This document shows positions 1 through 8,625 of a stretch of 64,000 nucleotides of DNA, piece by piece. Each line of letters begins with the position of its first letter. Within the stretch, counting starts at the first letter, position 1. The position numbers were made by a program, and so were the translations under genes. The notes beneath the pieces are model-generated. The model did no database searches, had not been told where the DNA came from, and saw nothing but the letters and a program-made list of their open reading frames with translations. The DNA lies in sequence record OP729297.1; one strand, given 5' to 3'.

Positions 1-97
1 CTGATAAGGCTACGACCGCACATGTTATTTCTCCAATAACTCTACGTCAGCACTACTTGCCAACATATAGAAATTAGAGAGCAGGCTAAGAATATTC

Positions 98-865
98 TTA
101 AAAGCCCTTGAAGTCCCTGAGGATGTATTCTTCAAAGAATAGGCGTCGGAAGTCTTCGTGGAAGATGATACGGTGGTTCGTTTTGAACTCGCAGTCATCA
201 CACGCGAGTGACCACAGCAGGTTATGCACTTTGGATAGCAGGTAGTCCGTACGCACACAGAAGAACTCCAGGCCGATCGTAATCGTTTCGGCACGAAGCT
301 CGTGGTATTGTTGATTGCTTTCGCACTTCATCAGTGCATCAAGGCTTACAGATGAAACCAAACCGCTGCGATATTCAATGTTGCGTCCACCCATGTGCAT
401 AAATGAAGCAGCGCCGTAGTCAAGAATAGCCTGCCACAAGTCCGGGTTTGAATACACCAAAGACAGCTCACTGTTTTTGAGGTCAGTATCACCTTCTTTC
501 TGTTTCAGGCTGTCTATGATTTCTAGGACGCGTGTGGCAACCTTGTTCATTGTGTCGCTGCAAACATACGTTAGATCGTGCATCAACACAACGTGGGCGC
601 CAGCGTAAGTATAGTCACGATGACTGATAGGCGGTTCGTCCACACCAAAGCAAATGAGAGTGTGTGGCAGATTGTTTGTATTCAGTAACTGCTTAACGTA
701 GGCTTCGACTACACGTTTAGAAGTGCCGATGATCACGACAGGCTTTGACGTGCCGTAATTCAAGCCATTGTTTTCCAGTGCTCGCGCCATATGGCACAGA
801 GAACGGACGTAAGGGTCAAACGATCCCATAGCAGGGATATACATATGTTGTACACGAGATTTCAT
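98..865 (-). CDS. hypothetical protein (255 aa)
   Basis: ORF track 98..940; start moved to ATG 865, which has a strong RBS (GGAGG-CTATT-ATG) and avoids overlap with the upstream gene. Confidence 0.7.
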   Translation of the reverse strand: MKSRVQHMYIPAMGSFDPYVRSLCHMARALENNGLNYGTSKPVVIIGTSKRVVEAYVKQLLNTNNLPHTLICFGVDEPPISHRDYTYAGAHVVLMHDLTYVCSDTMNKVATRVLEIIDSLKQKEGDTDLKNSELSLVYSNPDLWQAILDYGAASFMHMGGRNIEYRSGLVSSVSLDALMKCESNQQYHELRAETITIGLEFFCVRTDYLLSKVHNLLWSLACDDCEFKTNHRIIFHEDFRRLFFEEYILRDFKGF

Positions 866-911
866 AATAGCCTCCGGGCATAACGCCCATACATGGAGTT
901 GAGATAAAAAG

Positions 912-1934
912 TTATTCTGCGATAGTGCCACGAACAACACATGGTGGTACCCAGCGTGACTTTAATTCACGCTCACCCTTTAAAGGTCCGTACCAATAAC
1001 TATGATGATGGCCTCTGCGTATATGCGCACGACGACCATTCGATTCATGAGATTTCACTTCGCTTTCATAGGTACGAATTTCATTAAGCAACTCTGTACC
1101 CACATTCCACTCACGAACATCACGAACAGGAATGATTTTGTAACTGTTACCGCTACGTCTAGGTTTGAGTGATTTGATTCCTCCTTTATAGATATTGTCT
1201 ACCTGTGATGCAACGAACAGCAGCACGTTAACGACAGGCTTCATGAGAGCCATGACAGCTCCAGTGATCTCAGGGCCGTTGTCAGAATTACTGTCAACAC
1301 CAGTCGCGCCGTTAGCGCCTACAAGGTGCATGAACCAATCGAAACCATCAGACAGTTCCATGTCTTTGGTAATGTCGAATATGATATAGAGCGACATTAC
1401 TTGATTGCCTGTGCCATCATTATACACACCGAAGCAGGACAAGCTCAGGTGAGTTGCCTCTTGGTAGTTAACGTATGTTGCCCAGAACCCTTCAATATCA
1501 ATTTCGTATTTGTTACCGGTCGCGGCATGTTTGTAGTCGAGTGTGAACACACAATTGATCCACTGCGACCAGTGAGGTAATTGACGCAGCGTAGAGGTCG
1601 GCAGCACTTTAGGTGCATCACCCTCAATCAGATGCGGCCACAGTTCTTTCTCAATCACAAACGATGCTTTCGTAAAAGACCAAACGTAATGCGTATAGGT
1701 CGCTGACGAAATAAACATTAGCTGACGTGCTATGTCAGGATTGATCTCCGTTGGAATCATATTAGCCCAACGAACAAACTCTTCCATAGGGATTCCTAGG
1801 GAAGGGAGTTTACCGTTCTTGTTTTTCAGGTACTTAGTGAAGTGATCGGTTATCTTTGATCGTGCTGCACCACGAGAGGCAGACTCCTGCAGGTATGCCT
1901 CATGTACTTGGACGAATGTTGCTTTTTCAGACAT
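912..1934 (-). CDS. AcrVA2/FinQ-family protein (anti-CRISPR AcrVA2-like), 340 aa
   Basis: Start at ATG 1934 (GGAG RBS). Colinear motifs match AcrVA2 as I recall it: PTSTLRQLPHW, IEGFWATY, VLLFVASQVDNI, VGTELLNEIRTYES, RAHIRRGHHHSYWYG, RWVPPCVV. Confidence 0.75.
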   Translation of the reverse strand: MSEKATFVQVHEAYLQESASRGAARSKITDHFTKYLKNKNGKLPSLGIPMEEFVRWANMIPTEINPDIARQLMFISSATYTHYVWSFTKASFVIEKELWPHLIEGDAPKVLPTSTLRQLPHWSQWINCVFTLDYKHAATGNKYEIDIEGFWATYVNYQEATHLSLSCFGVYNDGTGNQVMSLYIIFDITKDMELSDGFDWFMHLVGANGATGVDSNSDNGPEITGAVMALMKPVVNVLLFVASQVDNIYKGGIKSLKPRRSGNSYKIIPVRDVREWNVGTELLNEIRTYESEVKSHESNGRRAHIRRGHHHSYWYGPLKGERELKSRWVPPCVVRGTIAE

Positions 1935-1947
1935 AGAAACTCCCAGA

Positions 1948-1982
1948 CAAAAAAAAAATGGGGAGGCCATCCGGCTCTCCCC
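1948..1982 (-). terminator. intrinsic terminator
   Basis: Minus strand GGGGAGAGCC-GGAT-GGCCTCCCC followed by A and a long T run. Confidence 0.7.
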
Positions 1983-2030
1983 TGCCCAAGTCGGGCTAGA
2001 CTACACACAGCATTTGTGTTCGGTTGGTGA

Positions 2031-2732
2031 TCAATATTTACAGATTACGTTCATGAAGTAGTAGCGCATTAAGTCTGGATGCAGGATGCAGTTCTTTTTA
2101 TATCTACGCAACATCTGAATGACTTTATGCAGGTCTTCATGGTGCATGAACATGAAGTCACGACCAAACGTATAGGTTGTCGCATGGATCTCCTGAACGC
2201 GCTTTTCGAAATCTGGGTCAATTGCCATAGACACAAAGTTGTCTACTGTGATGTTGGACTTTAGATCGAAGTCACCACAGGCCAGCTCAGGATTGCAGAC
2301 GTCCAAGAAGTTTTTAAACTGAGTGTCTCGAACAATCGCCAGAAGTTTCTCGATTGCCGGTTCGCCGTAGATAGTGATTTGAGTGTCGTTAGTATGTACG
2401 GTACGACCAAGCGCATCAAAGATGCCAGCCAGAGAACTGGCGAGTCTCTCCAAACTTATGTGGAATAGACTTTCAGACAGCACGATAGGAAGTTGTGGGG
2501 GCGCTGTATGACCACGGAAACTAACAACAGAATCGTATGCAGTACCGACAATGCTTGAAGGAATATCCCGGCGGAGAATAGAGTACAGTGCATCGTTAGC
2601 ACTACGTTCAGTGACGTCAATATAGAACAGCGTCTTGGTTGCAGCATCAGGCTGTTTGGCCTGACGTGCGTAGCCATGAATTAATCCATGCAGAGCTTCG
2701 GTAGGTAAAATGTTAGTCTGAATCTTTTTCAT
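2031..2732 (-). CDS. hypothetical protein (233 aa)
   Basis: ORF with GGAG RBS, co-oriented with neighbours. Confidence 0.75.
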   Translation of the reverse strand: MKKIQTNILPTEALHGLIHGYARQAKQPDAATKTLFYIDVTERSANDALYSILRRDIPSSIVGTAYDSVVSFRGHTAPPQLPIVLSESLFHISLERLASSLAGIFDALGRTVHTNDTQITIYGEPAIEKLLAIVRDTQFKNFLDVCNPELACGDFDLKSNITVDNFVSMAIDPDFEKRVQEIHATTYTFGRDFMFMHHEDLHKVIQMLRRYKKNCILHPDLMRYYFMNVICKY

Positions 2733-2742
2733 AAATCACTCC

Positions 2743-2793
2743 TGGCGCATTGCCTATCGAGTTAGGTTGTTTGCTTGTGGCGCATTGCCTATC
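2743..2793. repeat. 16-bp direct repeat TGGCGCATTGCCTATC x2
   Basis: Exact copies at 2743-2758 and 2778-2793 in the intergenic leader of the 2031..2732 gene. Confidence 0.85.
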
Positions 2794-2832
2794 AAGCGAG
2801 AGAATGTGGGAGGCATCCCTCCCACTATTGGT

Positions 2833-3261
2833 TTACAGTTTTACGCGGGCCGCGCTGTATGAGAGAATTGTGACACCCTCTTCAACATCGCTAACGTTTG
2901 CCACTGCAAGGCATGGCGCAACAGACTTGTCATTGACGACAACCTGTAGGCCGAGAATGCTGCCGACGTTACCAGCAGTGATATCTTCGACGCGAGCGAT
3001 AGGGTCGAAGAAGTTTTCCAGGCCGTTGGTAGAGAAGCCCGCCACCAGATCAAGAGTTACCAATACGATTCGGCGGGTATCAGGCGCAGACTCTTCTGGC
3101 AGTGCTGACTGCAACAGAGAATAGACTGTATCGACATTGAACTCAGGTTCGCCTTCAACGTTAGGCACGATAGTTGGTGTACGAACCTCACTACCGTCTT
3201 CTTCGTTGGTTGTCACTGTTTCCAGATTAAGGATATCAGCAGTATAGATTTGAGTACGCAT
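2833..3261 (-). CDS. hypothetical protein (142 aa)
   Basis: ORF with GAGGAG RBS. Confidence 0.75.
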   Translation of the reverse strand: MRTQIYTADILNLETVTTNEEDGSEVRTPTIVPNVEGEPEFNVDTVYSLLQSALPEESAPDTRRIVLVTLDLVAGFSTNGLENFFDPIARVEDITAGNVGSILGLQVVVNDKSVAPCLAVANVSDVEEGVTILSYSAARVKL

Positions 3262-3276
3262 TTGTTCTCCTCAAAC

Positions 3277-3303
3277 AAAAGAAGGGAGAGCCGAAGCCCT
3301 CCC
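3277..3303 (-). terminator. intrinsic terminator (UUCG loop)
   Basis: Minus strand GGGAGGGC-TTCG-GCTCTCCC-TTCTTTT just after the RecA stop. Confidence 0.8.
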
Positions 3304-3310
3304 GCGTTTA

Positions 3311-5830
3311 TTACTCGTCGTCATCGTCATCAGAAGTCTTCGCAGACTTACTGATAGCGTTCTTCAACATCTCGTTGCCTTTGGTAGACTGCACGAACTT
3401 GAAGCACCACAGACGCAGGCCAGCAGGTTTGACTTTCAGTTTCTTACACACGCCAACAACTTGCTCTTTGCTGCCGTTGATAAGAGTACGGAAGTCATCC
3501 CAGTCCATCTTAACGTCAGATGCGAGCGGGCATGGCGCCTTGATCTTGAAGCTCTTACGAGTGCCGTTGATCAGGCCGAGAGTTTTCAGGTAATGCCACG
3601 TATCGAACACTGGGTCGAAGCCACGCGCTTCACCGTTGCCGTCAGCTTCCCACAGACGTAACCAAGTCTGCTGGTTAGGGATGCCGCCCATCTTGTTCTT
3701 GATGGTCTTGGCTGCAATGAAACGGTAGCGGTCGGTACCACCTTCAACAGTTACAGACTTCTCACCAACGATACCCGGTGCGTCTTTCATTGTCGGCCAG
3801 CCCTGAGGCACAGCACGAGAAGCCAGACGAACACGCACGTCAGAGTTGTGGCTAACGAAACCGTTAGTGATCACAACAGACGTTTCTTCGACGTTCACAT
3901 CCCAGAACTCCACAGGATTGACCAGAGCTTTCAGCGTGAACGGAACAGGAACGATAGAGTTATCGAAGTTATACCAGTCGTCGATGTACGCCAGTTGCTG
4001 CATCAGCAGGTCGTACTGGTCATCGTAACCTTCAATCTGCTTATGCAGAATCAGGTCGAGAGCCTGTGCGAAGTCCTGCTCTGGCGCCAGATAGATTTTA
4101 TCCTGGCCAGTCTGCAACTGATAGTCCAGCACATAGCGAGTCAGTTCAGGGAACACGTCAGCGATCACAGTCAGCATCTGAGTCTGACGTTGACGGCTGG
4201 TGGCCTCGAAGCTGATACCAGCAAACGCACCGAGTTCTCCCTGCGCTACCGCCGCTTCCAGCTCGTGGTAGTTCAGGCCAGGGATATGCAGGCCGCTTTC
4301 GTCGGCGTAAGCATAGATACCGATAGACAGCAGGTGACGTGCCCACAGAGAGAACGTGTGAACATCGTCCTGATCGCCAATCATATCAGTGGTCAGTACG
4401 TTCGCAGCAAACGTAGTGTCGCCAGCAACGGCCAGAGGCAATTGTACGCTCTTGAAGTCAGCGTTACCTAGCATCTGATAAATCAGACTGCTTGACAGGT
4501 CGAACTCGTCAGGCACGTTCGCTTTCAGTTCTTTCACAGGCGGTACACGCAGACCTGCGTACTGGCCTTTCTGCTCTGGATATTGAGCAAGCTGGTTGAG
4601 CGTGTTCCACTCAGGACGCAGCACAGCCATACCATCAGCAGTCGTGTCATACATGAAGGTGAACTGACGATGTTCAGCGCTGCCTACATACGCATGACCA
4701 CCAGCGTTCAGTTCGACCGGGAACGGAGCGTCATCAACTTTCCACGCGCCATTGATCTTCTGGAAGCCGTCGAACGATTCGACCATAACTTCCGTACCAG
4801 CATCGATCAGCTCTTTGATCTGAGGTGCAGTCAGCACGCCGTGATCAGTACGAATCAGAGTATCGCGGTCGAAGCAATAGAACTTCAACGCGTCACCGCC
4901 AGGCTCATACTCAGGTGAGCCGAACATAACAGCAGGCTTCTGACGTAACTGGTTAACGCCAACGATGGTCATCATCTTACGACGCATACCACCACGGAAA
5001 CGTTTGATGCCGTCGGAGAACATACGCGCTTGCAGCGCCATTGCTTTCGAGCCTTCGTCATCATCGACCTGATCCGGCATCATTGCTGGATAGGAGTCAA
5101 CGATAACCATCGCCTGCATGTGTCCGTCTGGTGCAGGTACTTTGAACTGGTTGTTACGGCTGAACCATTTCTTGTCATACTTACCAGCCAGCTTCTTCGC
5201 GTTCTCTTTGTTGTTCTCAAAGATGTAGTACGCGGTACCGTCTTTCTCAACGATCTTATCTGGCAGACGACGACGCAGCATCGACATATAATCGAAGAAG
5301 CGCTCACCGTTGTCTGGTGCATAGTAACGGATCTTAGGCTTAACGATCCAGCTACCGTCTTCATCATCACGCACACCGAAGATAGTTTTCGGGTCAACGC
5401 GAACGCCGAACGTTTTCAACTGACCAGCAACGTACTCTGCGTCGGTTGAACCTTCGTAGTCAAACACTACGCTAATGCCAGAGTAATGCAGACGAATCAG
5501 GCTCGCCATAATACTCATGGTCATTGTTGACTTACAAGACTGCTCACCGCCGCTAAACGTGTACCAGCCACCAGGGACAATACCACCGGACAGGAACATG
5601 TCGAGTGCGAGACAGCCTGTTGAGATACGAGGTGCGTGACGCGCTGCATCCTGCGAACTTACTTTCGTTTTCTTTTCGATGCCATCAAGAACATCGTCCA
5701 TCAAACTAGCCAGGTCAAAGCCCATGACTTCTACGCCGCCAACATCATCGGCCGCGAATGCTTTACCTTTCTTGGCTTTGGTTTTACCTTCGGCTTCTTT
5801 TTCAGCCTTGATTCGTTTCGCTTTAGCCAT
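3311..5830 (-). CDS. recA: RecA/UvsX-like recombinase, intein-containing (839 aa precursor, 495 aa spliced)
   Basis: RISTGCLALDMFLSGG, P-loop GGEQSCKST, IVDSYPAM, MALQARMFS, NQLRQK, GGDALKFY, KTIKNK. Confidence 0.92.
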   Translation of the reverse strand: MAKAKRIKAEKEAEGKTKAKKGKAFAADDVGGVEVMGFDLASLMDDVLDGIEKKTKVSSQDAARHAPRISTGCLALDMFLSGGIVPGGWYTFSGGEQSCKSTMTMSIMASLIRLHYSGISVVFDYEGSTDAEYVAGQLKTFGVRVDPKTIFGVRDDEDGSWIVKPKIRYYAPDNGERFFDYMSMLRRRLPDKIVEKDGTAYYIFENNKENAKKLAGKYDKKWFSRNNQFKVPAPDGHMQAMVIVDSYPAMMPDQVDDDEGSKAMALQARMFSDGIKRFRGGMRRKMMTIVGVNQLRQKPAVMFGSPEYEPGGDALKFYCFDRDTLIRTDHGVLTAPQIKELIDAGTEVMVESFDGFQKINGAWKVDDAPFPVELNAGGHAYVGSAEHRQFTFMYDTTADGMAVLRPEWNTLNQLAQYPEQKGQYAGLRVPPVKELKANVPDEFDLSSSLIYQMLGNADFKSVQLPLAVAGDTTFAANVLTTDMIGDQDDVHTFSLWARHLLSIGIYAYADESGLHIPGLNYHELEAAVAQGELGAFAGISFEATSRQRQTQMLTVIADVFPELTRYVLDYQLQTGQDKIYLAPEQDFAQALDLILHKQIEGYDDQYDLLMQQLAYIDDWYNFDNSIVPVPFTLKALVNPVEFWDVNVEETSVVITNGFVSHNSDVRVRLASRAVPQGWPTMKDAPGIVGEKSVTVEGGTDRYRFIAAKTIKNKMGGIPNQQTWLRLWEADGNGEARGFDPVFDTWHYLKTLGLINGTRKSFKIKAPCPLASDVKMDWDDFRTLINGSKEQVVGVCKKLKVKPAGLRLWCFKFVQSTKGNEMLKNAISKSAKTSDDDDDE
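3845..4876 (-). mobile_element. intein (344 aa) in RecA
   Basis: Starts CFDRDTLI (block A, Cys1), ends ITNGFVSHN followed by Ser+1; removing it restores GGDALKFY/SDVRVRL. Confidence 0.92.
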
Positions 5831-5851
5831 TTGTGCTATAGTCCAGATTGA

Positions 5852-5879
5852 GAAAAGAAGGGGCAGCCTAAGCTACCCC
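5852..5879 (-). terminator. intrinsic terminator
   Basis: Minus strand GGGGTAGC-TTAG-GCTGCCCC-TTCTTTT after the SSB stop. Confidence 0.8.
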
Positions 5880-5887
5880 GTTACCGA

Positions 5888-7129
5888 TTACTTTTTCTTT
5901 TTCTTTTTCTTCTTCGGCGCGTCGTCATCATCGTCATCAGAAGATTTCTTTTTCTTCTTCTTATCGGATGATTTCACCTTGTCAGAAGATTTCTTTTTCT
6001 TCTTCTTAGGTGCATCGTCTTCGTCGTCGTCATCATCGTCCGACTTCTTAGACTTCTTAGACTTCACCTTCGAGGACTTTTTCTTTTTCGAAGGACGATC
6101 GTCATCATCGTCTTCGTCATCGTCATCTTCGTCATCGTCTAACAGCTTACGAGACTTAGACGCTTTTGACTTCTTGGACTTGGATGGACGGTCATCGTCG
6201 TCATCTTCATCCTCGTCGTCATCGTCATCGTTGCGACGTTTTTTCTTGTCTGCCTTGCCGCCTTTCTTCTTGCGGCCCAGCGCCATGTCATCGTCGTCAT
6301 CGTCTTCGTCATCATCACCATCATCGTTGGTGTTGACACCGATAACGTCCATCTTTTTGAAGTCTGCCATAGCGGCGGCTTCATCCAGACGACCCAGCAT
6401 GTCGTAGATTTCGTTCCAGTTGTCGAAGTCCCAGGTCAGGTAACCCTTTTCTTCTTCGGTCAGCGGAGTGTGATCGCCACGTTCGATGGTGTAACGCTCG
6501 GCCGGAGATTTTTTGGCGTTGTATTTGATTTCAATATCGCAGCCATACTTCGGATGGTTAACCTGGAACGCCTGCTTAGACTTCTTACCAGACTTCTTAT
6601 CTTTGACCGTGTGAATGTTACGTTCACCCAGCTCGCGGATTTTGCCTGCCAGAGAGTTAGACAGCGGAATACACATAACAGGAGTCCAAGACTCACTGCC
6701 CATTTCTTTCTTGCCTGTCTTCTGCTCTTGCTTAGTGAGCTTAGGCATTTTACGCGGTGCAGCAGCCTGCTCGTCACGAATGATTGCCTGTGCGTACCAC
6801 TTATAGTCGTACTGCGCTGGCGCACCAGATTCGTCGTTACCGTGAGCGATACCACAGTACGGACACTTCATACCGTTCAGAGGTTTGTTCTGATTGTCCG
6901 GGTCGAAGCTAACGCACATGCGCGGGATTTTGATCTCTTTGTCTTTATCTTTGCCGCCCATGATCTTGATCCAGTGCTTCTTGATTGGAAGCAGGTCAAG
7001 GTCAAGCAGACGAATTGATACCCAGTTGCCGTTTGCTTTCTTCGAAAGAGGGAAGATTTCAAAGATCTCTGACTCACGCAAGCTATCGCGCTTGCTGTTG
7101 TCTTGAATGTCACCAAATCCACGTGCCAT
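5888..7129 (-). CDS. probable T4 gp32-like single-stranded DNA-binding protein with long Asp/Lys tail
   Basis: Adjacent to recA; IRLL..HW, CPYC, HPKYGCDIEIK resemble phage gp32-type SSBs; ~150-aa D/E/K/S C-terminal tail. Confidence 0.65.
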   Translation of the reverse strand: MARGFGDIQDNSKRDSLRESEIFEIFPLSKKANGNWVSIRLLDLDLLPIKKHWIKIMGGKDKDKEIKIPRMCVSFDPDNQNKPLNGMKCPYCGIAHGNDESGAPAQYDYKWYAQAIIRDEQAAAPRKMPKLTKQEQKTGKKEMGSESWTPVMCIPLSNSLAGKIRELGERNIHTVKDKKSGKKSKQAFQVNHPKYGCDIEIKYNAKKSPAERYTIERGDHTPLTEEEKGYLTWDFDNWNEIYDMLGRLDEAAAMADFKKMDVIGVNTNDDGDDDEDDDDDDMALGRKKKGGKADKKKRRNDDDDDEDEDDDDDRPSKSKKSKASKSRKLLDDDEDDDDEDDDDDRPSKKKKSSKVKSKKSKKSDDDDDDEDDAPKKKKKKSSDKVKSSDKKKKKKSSDDDDDDAPKKKKKKKK

Positions 7130-7168
7130 TGTTGTTCCTCAATATTGAGTTTGCTCTTGTGTGAGCAT

Positions 7169-7177
7169 TGTTTACAG
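7169..7177 (-). promoter_or_regulatory. class A promoter motif CTGTAAACA
   Basis: Recurrent motif, 40 nt upstream of the SSB start. Confidence 0.6.
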
Positions 7178-7179
7178 TT

Positions 7180-8217
7180 TTAGGCTAGCCCTTGAGCCTG
7201 CATATGTTTGCGCATCTGTTCAAGTTCGAACTTATCGAACTCCTCACCAACGTCCATCGTTAGACGAGCAACGCCGAGTGGGTCTACGCGCTTAATAAGC
7301 AGCCTCAGTTTTTCGGTACGTCTTTCACTATCTACGTGATCTTCTAAGTGATGATGGTCACTCACTTTTTGATGTAGGGACGCGTCCGCACCTTCATCAG
7401 ATTCATTCGCAGGAGTATCGAGACTTACCGAGAAATTCAGAGAAGTGGTATCTTCACCTGTCGCCAGTTTCTTACGTTGAGTCTGGGGAATAGTGTACGC
7501 GATGCCGTATTCATGCTCGCTACTACTACAGGTTTGTGCGTTCAAGATCCACCACTTCGTATAACTCACAATCGCACCACGCGACGAGTCATACTTGTTG
7601 ATAGCCACGATGACGTTACGCAGGAAGTTCTGGCGCACGTCTTTGCTGTCGTACAGCTTACCGCGGTTCGTATCAACGTAGAATTTTGTTTGCTTGCTGC
7701 ATAGTCTATAGAAGTCAGCAACTACCGAGTGGAAGTATTCCATGAACTGCGGTAGAAGGTCATTCAGACGGCACAACGCGATAAAGAGTTTGGAACGAGA
7801 CTCTGCGCCAAACATCTTCACGTATGCGTTCAATCGTTTCGAATACGCTTCGCGCTTGATAGGGTCTTGCGTCGAAATGAATCCGCGATAGAGATCAACA
7901 TACGTCGCGTAGTATCGCTTAATTACATTTTCCAGGAAGACGTAGATGAAGTTGCGCTCCATTTTCAGTTCCTGGATATAAATCATTTTCTGATCACGAG
8001 GCACAGAGAGCGCCTTAATCAGAAGGCTAATCGCACGGTCACGCGTTTCTGCGTTATACGGCTTTCGCTTCTTATTCGACGTAATCATGTTCAACAGATA
8101 GGTCAGTTGCACATCGAATACGTTCGTGTTCTCAACAATCTCACGGAGGCAGTCGTGAAGCATGGTGTCCATGACGCTTTCTATCTGACCGCCTGTGAGA
8201 TTCGACTTATTGTTCAT
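7180..8217 (-). CDS. phage sigma-70-family transcription factor (regions 2-3, no clear region 4)
   Basis: DVRQN..AINKYDSSRG..SYTKWWI matches region 2.2-2.4 (D..Q..A..KFD..RG..Y..WWI); SVSLDTP is region 3-like. ATG 8217 follows an AGGTG RBS (track starts at GTG 8229). Confidence 0.75.
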   Translation of the reverse strand: MNNKSNLTGGQIESVMDTMLHDCLREIVENTNVFDVQLTYLLNMITSNKKRKPYNAETRDRAISLLIKALSVPRDQKMIYIQELKMERNFIYVFLENVIKRYYATYVDLYRGFISTQDPIKREAYSKRLNAYVKMFGAESRSKLFIALCRLNDLLPQFMEYFHSVVADFYRLCSKQTKFYVDTNRGKLYDSKDVRQNFLRNVIVAINKYDSSRGAIVSYTKWWILNAQTCSSSEHEYGIAYTIPQTQRKKLATGEDTTSLNFSVSLDTPANESDEGADASLHQKVSDHHHLEDHVDSERRTEKLRLLIKRVDPLGVARLTMDVGEEFDKFELEQMRKHMQAQGLA

Positions 8218-8249
8218 GGTCAAATACACCTGTTAGTTGCTTTGACTCT

Positions 8250-8258
8250 TATTTACAG
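8250..8258 (-). promoter_or_regulatory. class A promoter motif CTGTAAATA
   Basis: Recurrent motif upstream of the sigma gene. Confidence 0.6.
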
Positions 8259-8262
8259 ATTT

Positions 8263-8574
8263 TTAGATCTTCGTGAGGTCGTCATGTTGATCTTGAATCT
8301 CGGAGCCAGTCAGTTCTGCCTCAGGCTTACGCTGACCTAAATCTGCTGGTGGTTTAGTGCGTTGTTCTTCACGCTGCTCCTGTTCGCGTTCAGTGCGCTC
8401 TTTTTCCTTTTTCTCAATCTCTTCCTTGGGTGTGTCGATACCATATTCTTCTTTGATGCGCTGCTGGTCCTGTTGCTCCAGTGCGCGTTGCTGGCCATCG
8501 AGAGGCGGTTGTTTCTCCGACGTGTCCTGACGATCAACACGAATCTCGTGTGAAAGGCTTACAAAGATTTCCAT
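8263..8574 (-). CDS. hypothetical charged protein with MEIFVSLS leader (103 aa)
   Basis: ATG 8574 with GGAG RBS; shares the N-terminal tag with six other proteins. Confidence 0.75.
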   Translation of the reverse strand: MEIFVSLSHEIRVDRQDTSEKQPPLDGQQRALEQQDQQRIKEEYGIDTPKEEIEKKEKERTEREQEQREEQRTKPPADLGQRKPEAELTGSEIQDQHDDLTKI

Positions 8575-8594
8575 GGGATTTACTCCAGAATGAC

Positions 8595-8620
8595 AAAAGC
8601 GGCAGCACAAGGCCACCGCT
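8595..8620 (-). terminator. intrinsic terminator
   Basis: Minus strand AGCGGTGGC-CTTGT-GCTGCCGCT-TTT after the 2H phosphoesterase stop. Confidence 0.7.
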
Positions 8621-8625
8621 AGATT

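Noticed and set aside
25-294. 89-aa minus-strand ORF at the window start
   Set aside because: Mostly overlaps the 98..865 gene in another frame, with no RBS
5910-6330. GAC/GAT and AAG triplet runs as a tandem repeat or contingency locus
   Set aside because: Mixed synonymous codons encoding D/E/K blocks; explained by protein low complexity
5679-6407. 242-aa Ser/Phe-rich plus-strand ORF
   Set aside because: Antisense shadow of the Asp/Lys codon runs in the SSB tail; no RBS. The same applies to 12223..12645, 43766..44392 and 50967..51389
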